From an uncultured Candidatus Micrarchaeota archaeon (GTDB taxonomy: Archaea > Micrarchaeota > Micrarchaeia > Anstonellales > Bilamarchaeaceae), in NCBI GenBank assembly GCA_963714085.1, contig OY970229.1, forward strand, positions 1,184,001-1,248,000: DNA of 64,000 bases, read 5' to 3'. Numbering within the stretch: the first letter of the stretch is position 1; every line of letters starts with the position of its first letter. This document shows, one piece after another, positions 36,865 through 49,916 of the stretch. Under the pieces are notes generated by a model. It saw only the letters and a list, made by a program, of their open reading frames with translations, ran no database searches and was not told where the DNA came from. The translations under genes and the position numbers were made by a program.

Positions 36865-37620
36865 CTATGCCTCTTCCAAAGGAGGGGCTGTAGTCATGAA
36901 TCTGCAATAGGTGGCGGTTTTTGGTTCAAAATAATCGATGCGTACGGGAAGTTCTCCGTCCATCAGCGCGAAAAGACGTAAGTTCGCCAGATGACTCATG
37001 CAAACGCCTGTCGGTTCGCTGAGCGAAGGTCTCGGTTCGTGATCGAATATATCCAAGGTATTCTCCCAGGTAGGGGGGAAATCGGCAAAAGATTGCGGGT
37101 GGAAGTCGTTCAAAATCTGCTCCTGGGATGGAGCAGGAGTCAGGACGGCGAAATGCTTCTGCCCTATAAGGCCCGTTTCTCTCAGGGCTTCCGTAAGCCC
37201 TCTGCTTGCGTCATGGCTGATCAAACGCTGGACGATGCGGACGATCTGTCCGCATACGGTGTCTATATGCGGTTCGACGTAACCGAGGTCGAAAACCTCT
37301 TTTTCGGTCAGGACCTGGCCGAGCTGGAGGCGGGCATCCGAGAAAAAATGCCTTCTCCGCTGTTCGAAGCCGTCCGTTCCATTCCCTATGAAAGCGACCG
37401 TATGAGCGAACCGGCGGGCTTCGTACGAAGCGTCGGTGCCAGGGAAACGTTCCGCGAACCCGGCGGAACCAGCCCGGCTCATCAGCAGGAGGTCCACCGA
37501 TCTTTTGCCGCTCTGATCGCTGTACGCATTGTCGACCAGTAGGAGCCGGGGCACGAAAATCTTTTTCGGATCGCGGTTTTTTGCGGGCGCATCCAGCAAG
37601 CGCGCTATCTCAGAAGCCAT
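36865..37620 (-). CDS. Hypothetical protein, paralogue A
   Basis: Aligns along its length with 37769-38494 (AKNxDPKK, PRLL, ERFP/QRFP, QLGxVLTEK, FDLGYVxPH, LRExGLIGQK). Confidence 0.8.
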   Translation of the reverse strand: MASEIARLLDAPAKNRDPKKIFVPRLLLVDNAYSDQSGKRSVDLLLMSRAGSAGFAERFPGTDASYEARRFAHTVAFIGNGTDGFEQRRRHFFSDARLQLGQVLTEKEVFDLGYVEPHIDTVCGQIVRIVQRLISHDASRGLTEALRETGLIGQKHFAVLTPAPSQEQILNDFHPQSFADFPPTWENTLDIFDHEPRPSLSEPTGVCMSHLANLRLFALMDGELPVRIDYFEPKTATYCRFMTTAPPLEEA

Positions 37621-37640
37621 CAAATCCCCCAAGTACGACA

Positions 37641-37695
37641 ACACAGTGAGAATATTTAAAGATGCTGATTTTTACCATCTTGGGCGACTTTTACG
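37641..37695. repeat. 55-bp imperfect direct repeat, copy 1 (promoter region of paralogue A)
   Basis: acacagtgagaatatttaaa...tttttaccatcttgggcgacttttacg matches 38496-38550. Confidence 0.9.
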
Positions 37696-37707
37696 ATGAT
37701 AGGCTCT

Positions 37708-37733
37708 TACCAGTCCACCTTCTCCAGCCTTCC
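37708..37733. repeat. 26-bp exact copy of the tyw3 3' end
   Basis: taccagtccaccttctccagccttcc identical to 39149-39174. Confidence 0.92.
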
Positions 37734-37768
37734 CAGTAAATCGTGCTTTTTGTAGCGGCTACAGCTGA

Positions 37769-38494
37769 TTATCCTTCCAAAGGCGGAACGCTGGTACAGA
37801 ACCCATTGGAAATGCTGGTTCCTGGAACGTGGTAAGCGCCACCGACAAAAAATCCATCTCCCTTGCGCCCAAAAAGGTATAGCTGTATTGGATGAGATTC
37901 GCAAACTAATTTCGGTATGTTTTCATGGTCGGATTCGTGATCCAACACATCCAAAGTATGTTCCCATGTCCCTGTCAAATCATGATGCATCGTGGCAAAA
38001 TATTTTTGGCCGATGAGGCCTGCTTCTCTCAGGGTCTCGGTCAGTTCGCTGCGTTTGCCGTGTTTGCATAGATACTCAGCAACGCGGGCGATCTGTCTGC
38101 ATACGGTGTCCATGTGCGGGTCGACATAACCCAGGTCAAAAGCCTGTTTTTCGGTTAAAACACGGCCGAGCTGGAAATTGGTACCCGGAAAATGGTGCGT
38201 TTTCGTATGCGGGTAGTCCCCTGCTCCATTCCCCATAGACGCAAGTGCATTGTCATGGGCGAATTGTAAAGCGGCAGTAATATCGGTAACTTCCGGAAAG
38301 CGTTGTCTGAACTCCGCAGAAGCTGCCCGGTTCATAAGCACGAGATTTACCGTTGTTTTTCCAGCTGCCACATCATGAGTTGCACCATCAACTATGAGGA
38401 GCCGGGGTCCGAAAACCTTTTTCGGGTCTGGATTTTTTGCGGATGATTCTATCAATCGCAATACTTCTGAAGCCATTAAAAACACCGAATCCAT
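37769..38494 (-). CDS. Hypothetical protein, paralogue B
   Basis: See paralogue A; lower GC than core genes. Confidence 0.8.
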   Translation of the reverse strand: MDSVFLMASEVLRLIESSAKNPDPKKVFGPRLLIVDGATHDVAAGKTTVNLVLMNRAASAEFRQRFPEVTDITAALQFAHDNALASMGNGAGDYPHTKTHHFPGTNFQLGRVLTEKQAFDLGYVDPHMDTVCRQIARVAEYLCKHGKRSELTETLREAGLIGQKYFATMHHDLTGTWEHTLDVLDHESDHENIPKLVCESHPIQLYLFGRKGDGFFVGGAYHVPGTSISNGFCTSVPPLEG

Positions 38495-38495
38495 T

Positions 38496-38550
38496 ACACA
38501 GTGAAAATATTTAAATATACCAGTTTTTACAATCTTGGGCGACTTTCACG
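38496..38550. repeat. 55-bp imperfect direct repeat, copy 2 (promoter region of paralogue B)
   Basis: acacagtgaaaatatttaaa...tttttacaatcttgggcgactttcacg. Confidence 0.9.
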
Positions 38551-38628
38551 GGTGCGTCCGCGGATATTTGTCATTGTAGTACCTATTCTCATAAGCCATC
38601 AAACTGTTTTTGGCGATAAGGTCCGGTT

Positions 38629-39090
38629 TTATTCGTTTGTATCCTCGTCGCCATCCTGCCTGGGGCGCCTGCACCGTATTATTCCATGCCTGCGCATCCT
38701 TACCAGCGCTTCCTCCACGCAAATCCGGACCGTCAACGGTTTTTTCAAGGCCTCCTCCGGGTTGCCTCCGGTTTCCTCCATCGCGACCCGGAGTTCTCTG
38801 ATTTCCCACCGGCTGGCTTCGCTGGTCGGCCCTTTCCTGGTGAATGGCACCAAGTGCTTGGGAAACGCCTTGCCTGCCACCAGATCCATGGCGTCGGCCG
38901 CTGCGGCGCTTATCTCCTCAGGTTTCGCATCAGGCCCGTTTATGAGTATGGCTTCTGTCAGCACCCTGTCCCGCAATCCCCGCACCGCAGCATCGAGCCT
39001 GCGCCTCAAGTTCGGGTCTTCTCTCACTTTCTCGAGCATCGCTGCCGCCAGCCTTTGGCGTTCTGGCGTCGTTTGTTCAACTTTGGCCAT
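38629..39090 (-). CDS. Hypothetical protein
   Basis: 153 aa, ATG just downstream of a TTTTATATAAA box. Confidence 0.6.
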   Translation of the reverse strand: MAKVEQTTPERQRLAAAMLEKVREDPNLRRRLDAAVRGLRDRVLTEAILINGPDAKPEEISAAAADAMDLVAGKAFPKHLVPFTRKGPTSEASRWEIRELRVAMEETGGNPEEALKKPLTVRICVEEALVRMRRHGIIRCRRPRQDGDEDTNE

Positions 39091-39147
39091 ACTAGTTTAT
39101 ATAAAACAACATAATAAAAAGATTTGCGAAAGTTCATCAGCGCGGGC

Positions 39148-39699
39148 CTACCAGTCCACCTTCTCCAGCCTTCCAATCAGTTCCAGGTTCTTCTTCATCA
39201 TCCTGTTTGCCATGTCCAGTATGCCGTTCCACTCGCCTTCCATGGGCTCCACAGGGAACGACATGTAGCTGCTGCCCGAGACCTCGATTGCCACCCGGCT
39301 CTTGCCTATCGCCTGGATGCCGCCGCGCCTCACGCCGTTGGCCCGCATCCTCTTCACGAACGCGTCCGCTGTCCCGATATCCCTGGCAGCCACGTGCAGT
39401 ATGAACGGCTCGCATTTGAACCAGAGGGGGAGCTTCCCGGAATATGCGTTCAGCTTTATCTCGAAATCCTCGTGCTCCACGGGATTGTGCCATTTCGCGT
39501 AGTGTGACGACTCCCTCTTGCCCTTGTCTATGTCGTAGACCAATAGATCTATCCTTCCTGAGCAGGAGGAGAGCGTCACGAGGTCCGGATTCGAATTGAG
39601 GATGTCCAATAGCTTGACCGCCGGGGCGTCCACCTTGCCTTCGGAGAGCGCCTTCTTGTAGGAAGCGAGGCGGCTCTTCCTATAAGTCGTCCACGACAT
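39148..39699 (-). CDS. taw3: tRNA(Phe) wyosine-pathway methyltransferase Tyw3/Taw3
   Basis: GKVD...VTLSSCSGRI...KWH...EPFILHV. Confidence 0.92.
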   Translation of the reverse strand: MSWTTYRKSRLASYKKALSEGKVDAPAVKLLDILNSNPDLVTLSSCSGRIDLLVYDIDKGKRESSHYAKWHNPVEHEDFEIKLNAYSGKLPLWFKCEPFILHVAARDIGTADAFVKRMRANGVRRGGIQAIGKSRVAIEVSGSSYMSFPVEPMEGEWNGILDMANRMMKKNLELIGRLEKVDW

Positions 39700-40279
39700 G
39701 ATGAGCCCCCAGGAAATTGCCGAGGATCCGCTCGCCGTGCTCAGTGTGCCAGACCTCGGGATGGAACTGCACGCCGAAGATTTCCTTTTCCTCATGGCAC
39801 ATGGCCTCCACCGGGCAGGTGTCGGAGTGCGCGAGCGTCACGAATCCCTCGGGCGCTTCCTTGACCTCGTCGAAATGCGACACCCACGCGTTGAACGTCT
39901 TCGGCACGTCCATGAACAGCCCGTCCTTCTCGTCCACGTATATCTCGGATATCCCGTACTCGGCGTTCACGCCCTTGGCCACCCTCGCGCCCGCCAGCTG
40001 GCCGATTAGCTGGTGGCCGTAGCAGATGCCGAGGAGCGGCTTGTTGAGGCTGCCGTCCAGTATTTTCTTCACTATGACCTCGCTCAGGCCGTTGTTCCCG
40101 GCATACACCGAGCCAGGCCCGCCGCTCAGGATGATCTTCTCTATCTTCTTCTGGTTGGGTGCGACCGAGCGCTCGTAGGACGAGGAGTTATTCACGATCT
40201 GCGATTCGTAGCCCATGTCGCGGCAGTTGCGCATTATCAGGTGGGTGTACTGGGAGCCGTTGTCTATTATGAGGATCAT
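39680..40279 (-). CDS. guaAA: GMP synthase glutamine amidotransferase subunit A
   Basis: IDNGSQY, LSGGP, LGICYGHQ, SHFDEV, GVQFHPEV. Confidence 0.95.
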   Translation of the reverse strand: MILIIDNGSQYTHLIMRNCRDMGYESQIVNNSSSYERSVAPNQKKIEKIILSGGPGSVYAGNNGLSEVIVKKILDGSLNKPLLGICYGHQLIGQLAGARVAKGVNAEYGISEIYVDEKDGLFMDVPKTFNAWVSHFDEVKEAPEGFVTLAHSDTCPVEAMCHEEKEIFGVQFHPEVWHTEHGERILGNFLGAHHVVDDL

Positions 40280-40430
40280 GAACGGTGTTTTGCGGCTTAA
40301 TTATATAATACGTGGCTCCAATAAGCGGTTTTCAGCACCAAAAGGCATCATTAAAAACCTTTCTAAATTAACTATAGCGATACCGGAGAAGGCTAGCTTT
40401 AATGCTGCGGTACGTTCCAGGTGGTCCTGC

Positions 40431-40682
40431 TTGAAGAAGAAGGTCGCTAAAACAATCGATGTGCTATCTCACGGGCTCGTTCCCGAGATGTCGGTGCTCT
40501 CATCTGATGAGAAGGCCAAGGTGCTCAAGAAGTACGGCATCAGCGAAAGCCAGCTGCCGGTGCTTCTGGACACCGACCCTACAGCCGTGGCGTTGAAGGC
40601 CTCGGCCGGGGACCTCGTGAAGATAACGCGCGAAGGGGAGACTGGGAAGTACGTCAACTACAGGATTGTGGTCTCGCAGTGA
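40431..40682 (+). CDS. rpoH: RNA polymerase subunit H (Rpo5)
   Basis: HGLVPE...LKKYGI...QLP...DP...GDLVKITR...YRIVV; TTG start after AGGTGG. Confidence 0.95.
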   Translation: MKKKVAKTIDVLSHGLVPEMSVLSSDEKAKVLKKYGISESQLPVLLDTDPTAVALKASAGDLVKITREGETGKYVNYRIVVSQ

Positions 40683-40770
40683 GGCGCTGCGTTTGCATTC
40701 GTGGGATAACGGTTCGGTTCAGGCATCCTTGCCGGAACACGAAACCTAAAAATCAAAACAGGGTGTATGG

Positions 40771-42231
40771 ATGGACAGTCTAGTAGAAGCTTATTACAGG
40801 GTCAACCCGCTCGTGAAGCAGCAGCTCAGCTCGTTCAATAATTTCCTGGACTACGGGCTGCAGGGAGTGGTGGACCGCATAGGGAGGATACAGACGAATG
40901 TCGAGGGCTTCGAGCTCAAGCTCGGCAAGGTCCGCATCGAGCAGCCAAGGTACTACGAGGTGAAGGGCGGCTACCGGCAGATCCTGCCGAACGAGGCGCG
41001 GCTCCGCAACCTCAACTACGCATCACCGGTGTTCCTTGAGATGGTGCCGGTGTTCAACGGCGTGGAGAGGCCGGTCTACTCGGACGTGTTCATAGGGGAG
41101 ATACCGGTCATGGTGAAATCCAAGCTCTGCTACCTGGCCGGCCAGAGCAAGGACCAGCTCATAGAATCAGGAGAGGACCCGGACGATCCGGGAGGCTACT
41201 TCATAGTGAACGGGAGCGAGCGCGCGCTGGTCTCCATAGAGGACCTGGTGCCGAACAAGCTCATGGTCACCAAGGAGCGCGCGGGCGTGGTCTCGAAGAT
41301 ATTCTCGACCCACCACGGGTTCCGCGCGAGGTGCGTGGTCACGAGGAACAACGAAGGCGCGTTCATAGTGGAGTTCCCGTCAGCGCCCGGAGGGCTCTCG
41401 CTCGTCCAGGTGCTGCGCGTGCTCGGGATGGAGCGCGACGCTGACATCGTGAAGGAGTTCTCCGAGGACAAGCGCATCAGGAACGACGTCACGCTCAACA
41501 TGGAGATCGAGGAGACCAAGAACAGGGAGGAGGCCGTGGACGTGCTCAGCAGGAAGCTGTCCCCTGGCCAGCCGCCGGAGTTCAGGCTCACCAGGATGGA
41601 GAACCTCCTGGACAATTACCTGCTCCCGCACGTGGGGGTCACCAAGACCGCCAGGTTCGCGAAGGCGAAATACCTGATAAAGATGTCGGAGCGCGCGACC
41701 CAGATATTCAACCACGAGGCGGCCCCGGACGACAAGGACCACTACTCGAACAAGCGCGTGAAGCTCGCGGGCGAGCTCATGGAGGAGTTGTTCCGCTACG
41801 CGTTCCAGTTCCTGATAAAGGACCTCGTTTACCAGGCGTCCCGCGCGGACGCTAGGGGCAGGAGGCTCCAGGTGCACACGCTGATAAGGCAGGACGCCAT
41901 GGGCGACAGGATACGCTACGCGATGGCGACAGGCAACTGGATAGCCGGGCAGACCGGCGTGTCCCAGCTGCTCGACCGCGTGAGCTACCTGAGCACGATA
42001 TCGCACCTGCGCAGGATAATCTCTCCGCTGAGCAAGAAGCATCCGCATTTCAAGGCCAGGGACCTCCATGGCACCACGCTGGGCAAGCTCTGCCCGTGCG
42101 AGACGCCCGAAGGCCCGAGCTGCTCGCTGGTGAAGAACCTGGCGGTGATGGCCGAGGTGTCCACAGGGGTGGACGAGGAGGAGATAGTAAACCTGCTCAA
42201 GGCCTACGATGTCAAAGAGGGGGCAGTCTGA
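40771..42231 (+). CDS. rpoB2: RNA polymerase subunit B'' (Rpo2N)
   Basis: PNEARLRNLNY, DPGGYFIVNGSER, ATGNW, GVSQLL, ETPEG. Confidence 0.97.
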   Translation: MDSLVEAYYRVNPLVKQQLSSFNNFLDYGLQGVVDRIGRIQTNVEGFELKLGKVRIEQPRYYEVKGGYRQILPNEARLRNLNYASPVFLEMVPVFNGVERPVYSDVFIGEIPVMVKSKLCYLAGQSKDQLIESGEDPDDPGGYFIVNGSERALVSIEDLVPNKLMVTKERAGVVSKIFSTHHGFRARCVVTRNNEGAFIVEFPSAPGGLSLVQVLRVLGMERDADIVKEFSEDKRIRNDVTLNMEIEETKNREEAVDVLSRKLSPGQPPEFRLTRMENLLDNYLLPHVGVTKTARFAKAKYLIKMSERATQIFNHEAAPDDKDHYSNKRVKLAGELMEELFRYAFQFLIKDLVYQASRADARGRRLQVHTLIRQDAMGDRIRYAMATGNWIAGQTGVSQLLDRVSYLSTISHLRRIISPLSKKHPHFKARDLHGTTLGKLCPCETPEGPSCSLVKNLAVMAEVSTGVDEEEIVNLLKAYDVKEGAV

Positions 42232-42244
42232 CCGGGTGATCACG

Positions 42245-44083
42245 ATGGTTAAAAAACGACGCAGAAGGGTCATGGGAGCTACTTCGATCTACCTCAACGG
42301 GAGGCTTGCGGGCACGCACCCGGACGGCGAGAACCTCGCCAAGCGCCTCAGGGATCGCAGGCGCATGAACGAGCTCAACGGCCAGATAAACATATTCTAT
42401 GACAGGCGGCTCAACGAGCTGCACATCGTCTCCGACAAGGGGCGCGTGCGCAGGCCGTATATCGTAGTCGAGGGCGGCAAGTCCAGGCTCACGCCCGAGG
42501 TCATGGCAAGGCTCAAGAACGGGGACCTCAACTGGCACCACCTCGTGAAGATGGGCATAATAGAGTACCTCGACGCGCTCGAGGAGGAGAACACGCTCGT
42601 GGCGTGCAAGGAGGCGGACCTGACCGAGGAGCACACGCACCTCGAGGTGGACGCGTCGTCCATATTCGGCGTCGTTTCCGGCGTGCTGCCCTATCCGGAG
42701 CACAACTCGTCGCCGAGGATCACCATGGCCTGCGCCATGGCGAAACAATCTTTAGGAACGTTCCTCACGAACTTCAACCTGCGCTACGACACGAGGAACT
42801 ACGTGATGTACTACCCGCAGCAGCCCATGGTGCAGACGAGCATCTACAAGGCGCTCAACCTGTCCAACAAGGCGGCTGGCCAGAACTGCGTGGTCGCGCT
42901 GACAAGCTACCACGGCTACAACATGGCGGATGCCATAGTGGTGAACAAGTCGTCCATAGACCGCGGCCTGGAGAGGGTCACGATGTTCAAGACCTACGAG
43001 ACCGAGGAGCGGCTCTACCCCGGAGGCCAGAAGGACAAGATAGAGGTCCCGACAGCCGAGGTGGCCGGCTACCGCGGCGAGGAGGCATACAAGCACCTCG
43101 CGCCGGACGGCATAATCATGCCGGAGAGCGACGTCGGCGGCAAGGAAGTGCTGGTCGGCAAGACGTCCCCGCCGAGGTTCCTCGAGGAGATATCCGTGTT
43201 CGGCACGGTCGAGGAGAAGAAGAGGGAGAGCTCGCTCGCGCTCAAGCCTGGCGAGCAGGGCCGCGTGGACTCGGTGCTCGTGACCGAAGGCCCGAGCGGC
43301 AACAGGCTCGTCAAGGTGCGCATACGCGCGAACAAGACCCCGGAGGTCGGGGACAAGCTCGCGTCCAGGCACGGACAAAAGGGAGTGATAGGGCTGATGG
43401 TGCCGGCCTCGGACATGCCTTTCACGGCTGACGGCGTGGTCCCGGACCTCATAGTCAATCCGCACGCCATACCCTCGCGTATGACCGCAGGGCACCTCCT
43501 GGAGATGCTCGGCGCCAAGGCGGGAAGCTTCAACGGCAAGCTCGTGGACGGAAGCGCGTTCTCCGGCAACACGGAGGAGGAGTTCAGGGCGTCGCTCAAA
43601 TCCATAGGGTTCGACGAGTACGGGGAGGAGGTCCTCTACGACGGCCTCACCGGGAAGCAGATAAAGTGCAAGATATTCGTGGGCGTGTGCTACTACCAGA
43701 GGCTCCACCACCTGGTCTCGAACAAGATGCATGTGAGGAGCAGGGGGCCTGTGCAATTGCTCACCCACCAGCCGACCGAGGGAAGGGCCCGCGAGGGTGG
43801 CCTCAGGTTCGGTGAGATGGAACGCGACTGCCTCATAGGCTACGGCGCCAGCATGCTCATCCGCGAGAGGCTGCTGGGCGAGTCGGACAAGACCGTGCAG
43901 CTGGTGTGCTCCGAGTGCGGCTCGATCGCGATACACGACTACGCGAGGAACCGCGACGTGTGCCCGGTGTGCGAATCCGAGAACGTCGAGCCATTGGAGA
44001 TGTCCTACGCGTTCAAGCTTTTGCTGGATGAGATAAAGTCCCTCTACATATTCCCGAGGATAATGACGAGGGAGAAAGGATAG
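42245..44083 (+). CDS. rpoB1: RNA polymerase subunit B' (Rpo2C)
   Basis: GDKLASRHGQKG, NPHAIPSRMT, GGLRFGEMERD, C-terminal Zn ribbon; start could be 42245 or 42272. Confidence 0.97.
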   Translation: MVKKRRRRVMGATSIYLNGRLAGTHPDGENLAKRLRDRRRMNELNGQINIFYDRRLNELHIVSDKGRVRRPYIVVEGGKSRLTPEVMARLKNGDLNWHHLVKMGIIEYLDALEEENTLVACKEADLTEEHTHLEVDASSIFGVVSGVLPYPEHNSSPRITMACAMAKQSLGTFLTNFNLRYDTRNYVMYYPQQPMVQTSIYKALNLSNKAAGQNCVVALTSYHGYNMADAIVVNKSSIDRGLERVTMFKTYETEERLYPGGQKDKIEVPTAEVAGYRGEEAYKHLAPDGIIMPESDVGGKEVLVGKTSPPRFLEEISVFGTVEEKKRESSLALKPGEQGRVDSVLVTEGPSGNRLVKVRIRANKTPEVGDKLASRHGQKGVIGLMVPASDMPFTADGVVPDLIVNPHAIPSRMTAGHLLEMLGAKAGSFNGKLVDGSAFSGNTEEEFRASLKSIGFDEYGEEVLYDGLTGKQIKCKIFVGVCYYQRLHHLVSNKMHVRSRGPVQLLTHQPTEGRAREGGLRFGEMERDCLIGYGASMLIRERLLGESDKTVQLVCSECGSIAIHDYARNRDVCPVCESENVEPLEMSYAFKLLLDEIKSLYIFPRIMTREKG

Positions 44084-44091
44084 GTGTGCTT

Positions 44092-47795
<3,704 letters not shown>

Positions 47796-47809
47796 TCCAG
47801 GTGATATGA

Positions 47810-48304
47810 GTGGCAAAGGACGAAGACGAGGAAGCAGAAAACGCAGAAGAAGTTTCTGAGACTACCGAGGAAGCGGCACAGATCACGGAAGAGGCGGAAG
47901 GCCAGCAGGAAGGCGAGGCCGGAGCCGAGACCGAATCGAAGTCAGCCAAGAAGAAGAAGACCAGGAAGGTCGTGCGCAGGCGCAAGTCCAAGAAGGAGAA
48001 GGAGAAGCCCCTGACATCCGCCATCCGCCTCTGCGTGGAGAGCGGCAAGGTCGGCATGGGCGCAAGGACCGGCATCTCGGCAAGCCTGCTCGGCAAGGCG
48101 AAGCTCTTCGTGGTGGCGTCCAACACGCCGCTTGAGGTGAAGAGCCAGGTCGAGAAGTACTCGGCGGCGTCCGGCATACCGCTCATCGTGTTCGACGGCA
48201 GCTCCGTGGAGCTTGGTTCCGTGTGCGGAAAGCCGTTCCCGGTGTCCGTGCTCTCTGTCTACGAGCCGGGCAGCTCGCCCATAATGGAACTGGCATCCAA
48301 GTGA
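47810..48304 (+). CDS. rpl30e: Ribosomal protein L30e with N-terminal acidic/basic extension
   Basis: ESGKVGMG...AKLFVVASN...ELGSVCGKPF; canonical operon position. Confidence 0.92.
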   Translation: MAKDEDEEAENAEEVSETTEEAAQITEEAEGQQEGEAGAETESKSAKKKKTRKVVRRRKSKKEKEKPLTSAIRLCVESGKVGMGARTGISASLLGKAKLFVVASNTPLEVKSQVEKYSAASGIPLIVFDGSSVELGSVCGKPFPVSVLSVYEPGSSPIMELASK

Positions 48305-48855
48305 TCCATGTGGTCGAGCTGGACGGAAAAGGCCTGGGCTACTTCACGCAGTTCGAGAGCGTCACCCGCGTGATGCCCTCCGACTACCTGGAGACCGCGG
48401 GCTGGCTGCTTTTCCTGGTGGACATGCCGCACCTGGGCAAGGCCATAGGCAAGAAGGGCGCCAACGTCCGCAAGCTCGCTGACATGTTCAGGAAGAAGGT
48501 CGTGGTCATAGGCGACAGCGGCGACATCGAGACCTTCGTGCGCAACTTCTTCAACAACGTGGAGATCACAAGCATAGAGCTCATCGACATCATGGGCGAG
48601 AAGAACATAGTGCTCACCGTGTCGGAGAACGACCGCGGCATCGCCATAGGCAAGGAGGGCGAGCGCATAAAGGCGGCCAAGGAGTTCCTCAAGAGGAAGT
48701 TCAACGCGACGATCGTGCTCCGCACGAAACGCTCCATGGACTCGGGCTACGGGGTGGAGAGCCACGGCGTAGAAATGGTGGCCGAGGCCCCGATGGAGCA
48801 GGCAGCCAAGATAGAAGTGAAGAAGGAAGAGAAGAAGGACGAATCCTCAGAGTAA
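48301..48855 (+). CDS. nusA: Archaeal NusA-like KH-domain transcription factor
   Basis: KAIGKKGANV and IAIGKEGERI KH loops; follows L30e; start 48301 or 48310. Confidence 0.93.
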   Translation: MIHVVELDGKGLGYFTQFESVTRVMPSDYLETAGWLLFLVDMPHLGKAIGKKGANVRKLADMFRKKVVVIGDSGDIETFVRNFFNNVEITSIELIDIMGEKNIVLTVSENDRGIAIGKEGERIKAAKEFLKRKFNATIVLRTKRSMDSGYGVESHGVEMVAEAPMEQAAKIEVKKEEKKDESSE

Positions 48856-48906
48856 ATCGAAAATATCCGTAGTCTGATTATCCGGAATCCGTGCTGCATC
48901 CAGCCG

Positions 48907-49281
48907 CTATCCTGACGCGCCCTGGGACCCGAACACCGAAACGCAATAATCCTTTTCCGTGGCGTTCGTGAACGCGTTGCAGATCGTGATGTCGCCCGCT
49001 GCCTTGGCGACCGTGCCGTAGCACGAGGGCCGGTTGGCCATGTCGATGAGGGTATCGCACCGCGCGGTGCTCTTCGTGTCAGCTGCCTCCTGCACGGCGC
49101 ACCCGTCCTTGCACAGCGTGCCGTTCCCGGAGTTGCCCGCCCCGCATTGGCTTATGCACCGCTGGAAATTGGCGCTGCCGGATGAGGACATGTTAGCGCT
49201 CTGAGCCGGAGCCTGCTGCCCCAGGCAGCCTGCGAGCAGCAACGCAAAAGCCAGTCCGACGAACATCATCGATGTTTTCAT
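48907..49281 (-). CDS. Cys-rich lipoprotein
   Basis: Lipobox LLLAGC, eight further Cys residues. Confidence 0.75.
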   Translation of the reverse strand: MKTSMMFVGLAFALLLAGCLGQQAPAQSANMSSSGSANFQRCISQCGAGNSGNGTLCKDGCAVQEAADTKSTARCDTLIDMANRPSCYGTVAKAAGDITICNAFTNATEKDYCVSVFGSQGASG

Positions 49282-49292
49282 TGGAAGCACCC

Positions 49293-49547
49293 CTAGAACC
49301 CGAGCCCTAGGAAATGGATGAGCAGCACCAGCACGACGCCGGGAATCCCTCCTATCGCGGCAATCCCGACTGAAAAGATGTTTATGGGTATGCCTACCCC
49401 CGCGAGATTCAGGATGAAGAAGATGACGATGCCCACGACCGAGTTCGCTATTACGTACACCGGGTTCTTCAGGAACGTCAAAAGCAGGTAGACTATCAGA
49501 AGGGCGACCAACAACCCGACCAATCCGAACACGACCACGGCGCACAC
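49293..49547 (-). CDS. BofA-like small membrane protein
   Basis: NSVVG...LN...IPIN...IGGIPGVVL pattern. Confidence 0.75.
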   Translation of the reverse strand: MCAVVVFGLVGLLVALLIVYLLLTFLKNPVYVIANSVVGIVIFFILNLAGVGIPINIFSVGIAAIGGIPGVVLVLLIHFLGLGF

Positions 49548-49548
49548 C

Positions 49549-49806
49549 TCAGACGAATGCCACTTTCATCAGTCTCAGCACGATTATCAGCAGGAGGCCG
49601 ACCAGGCCGCCGATCACCACGATCAGCACTGTAAGGATGTTGATCGGGATACCGAAGCCGAATATGGCGTTTATGAGGAACAGGATGAGGATCGCTATGA
49701 GAGAGTTGATGACCAGCGCGATCGGGTTCTGTATGAACATGAGCAGGAAGAGGAGCACGAGCAAGGCGAATACGACGCTTCCGATTTCGACATAGTTCGT
49801 TGCCAT
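49549..49806 (-). CDS. BofA-like small membrane protein (paralogue)
   Basis: INSLIA...IN...IPINILT...IGGLVGLLL. Confidence 0.7.
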   Translation of the reverse strand: MATNYVEIGSVVFALLVLLFLLMFIQNPIALVINSLIAILILFLINAIFGFGIPINILTVLIVVIGGLVGLLLIIVLRLMKVAFV

Positions 49807-49916
49807 GGTTAGACCCCACATCGAAGCTTTAAATGCGTTCCTGTACCATCGAAAGCCGCTTTCTGATAGCGGCGCCTGACCGCTCCTGGAAATATGAAAA
49901 AATAAAAAAGAGGGAT

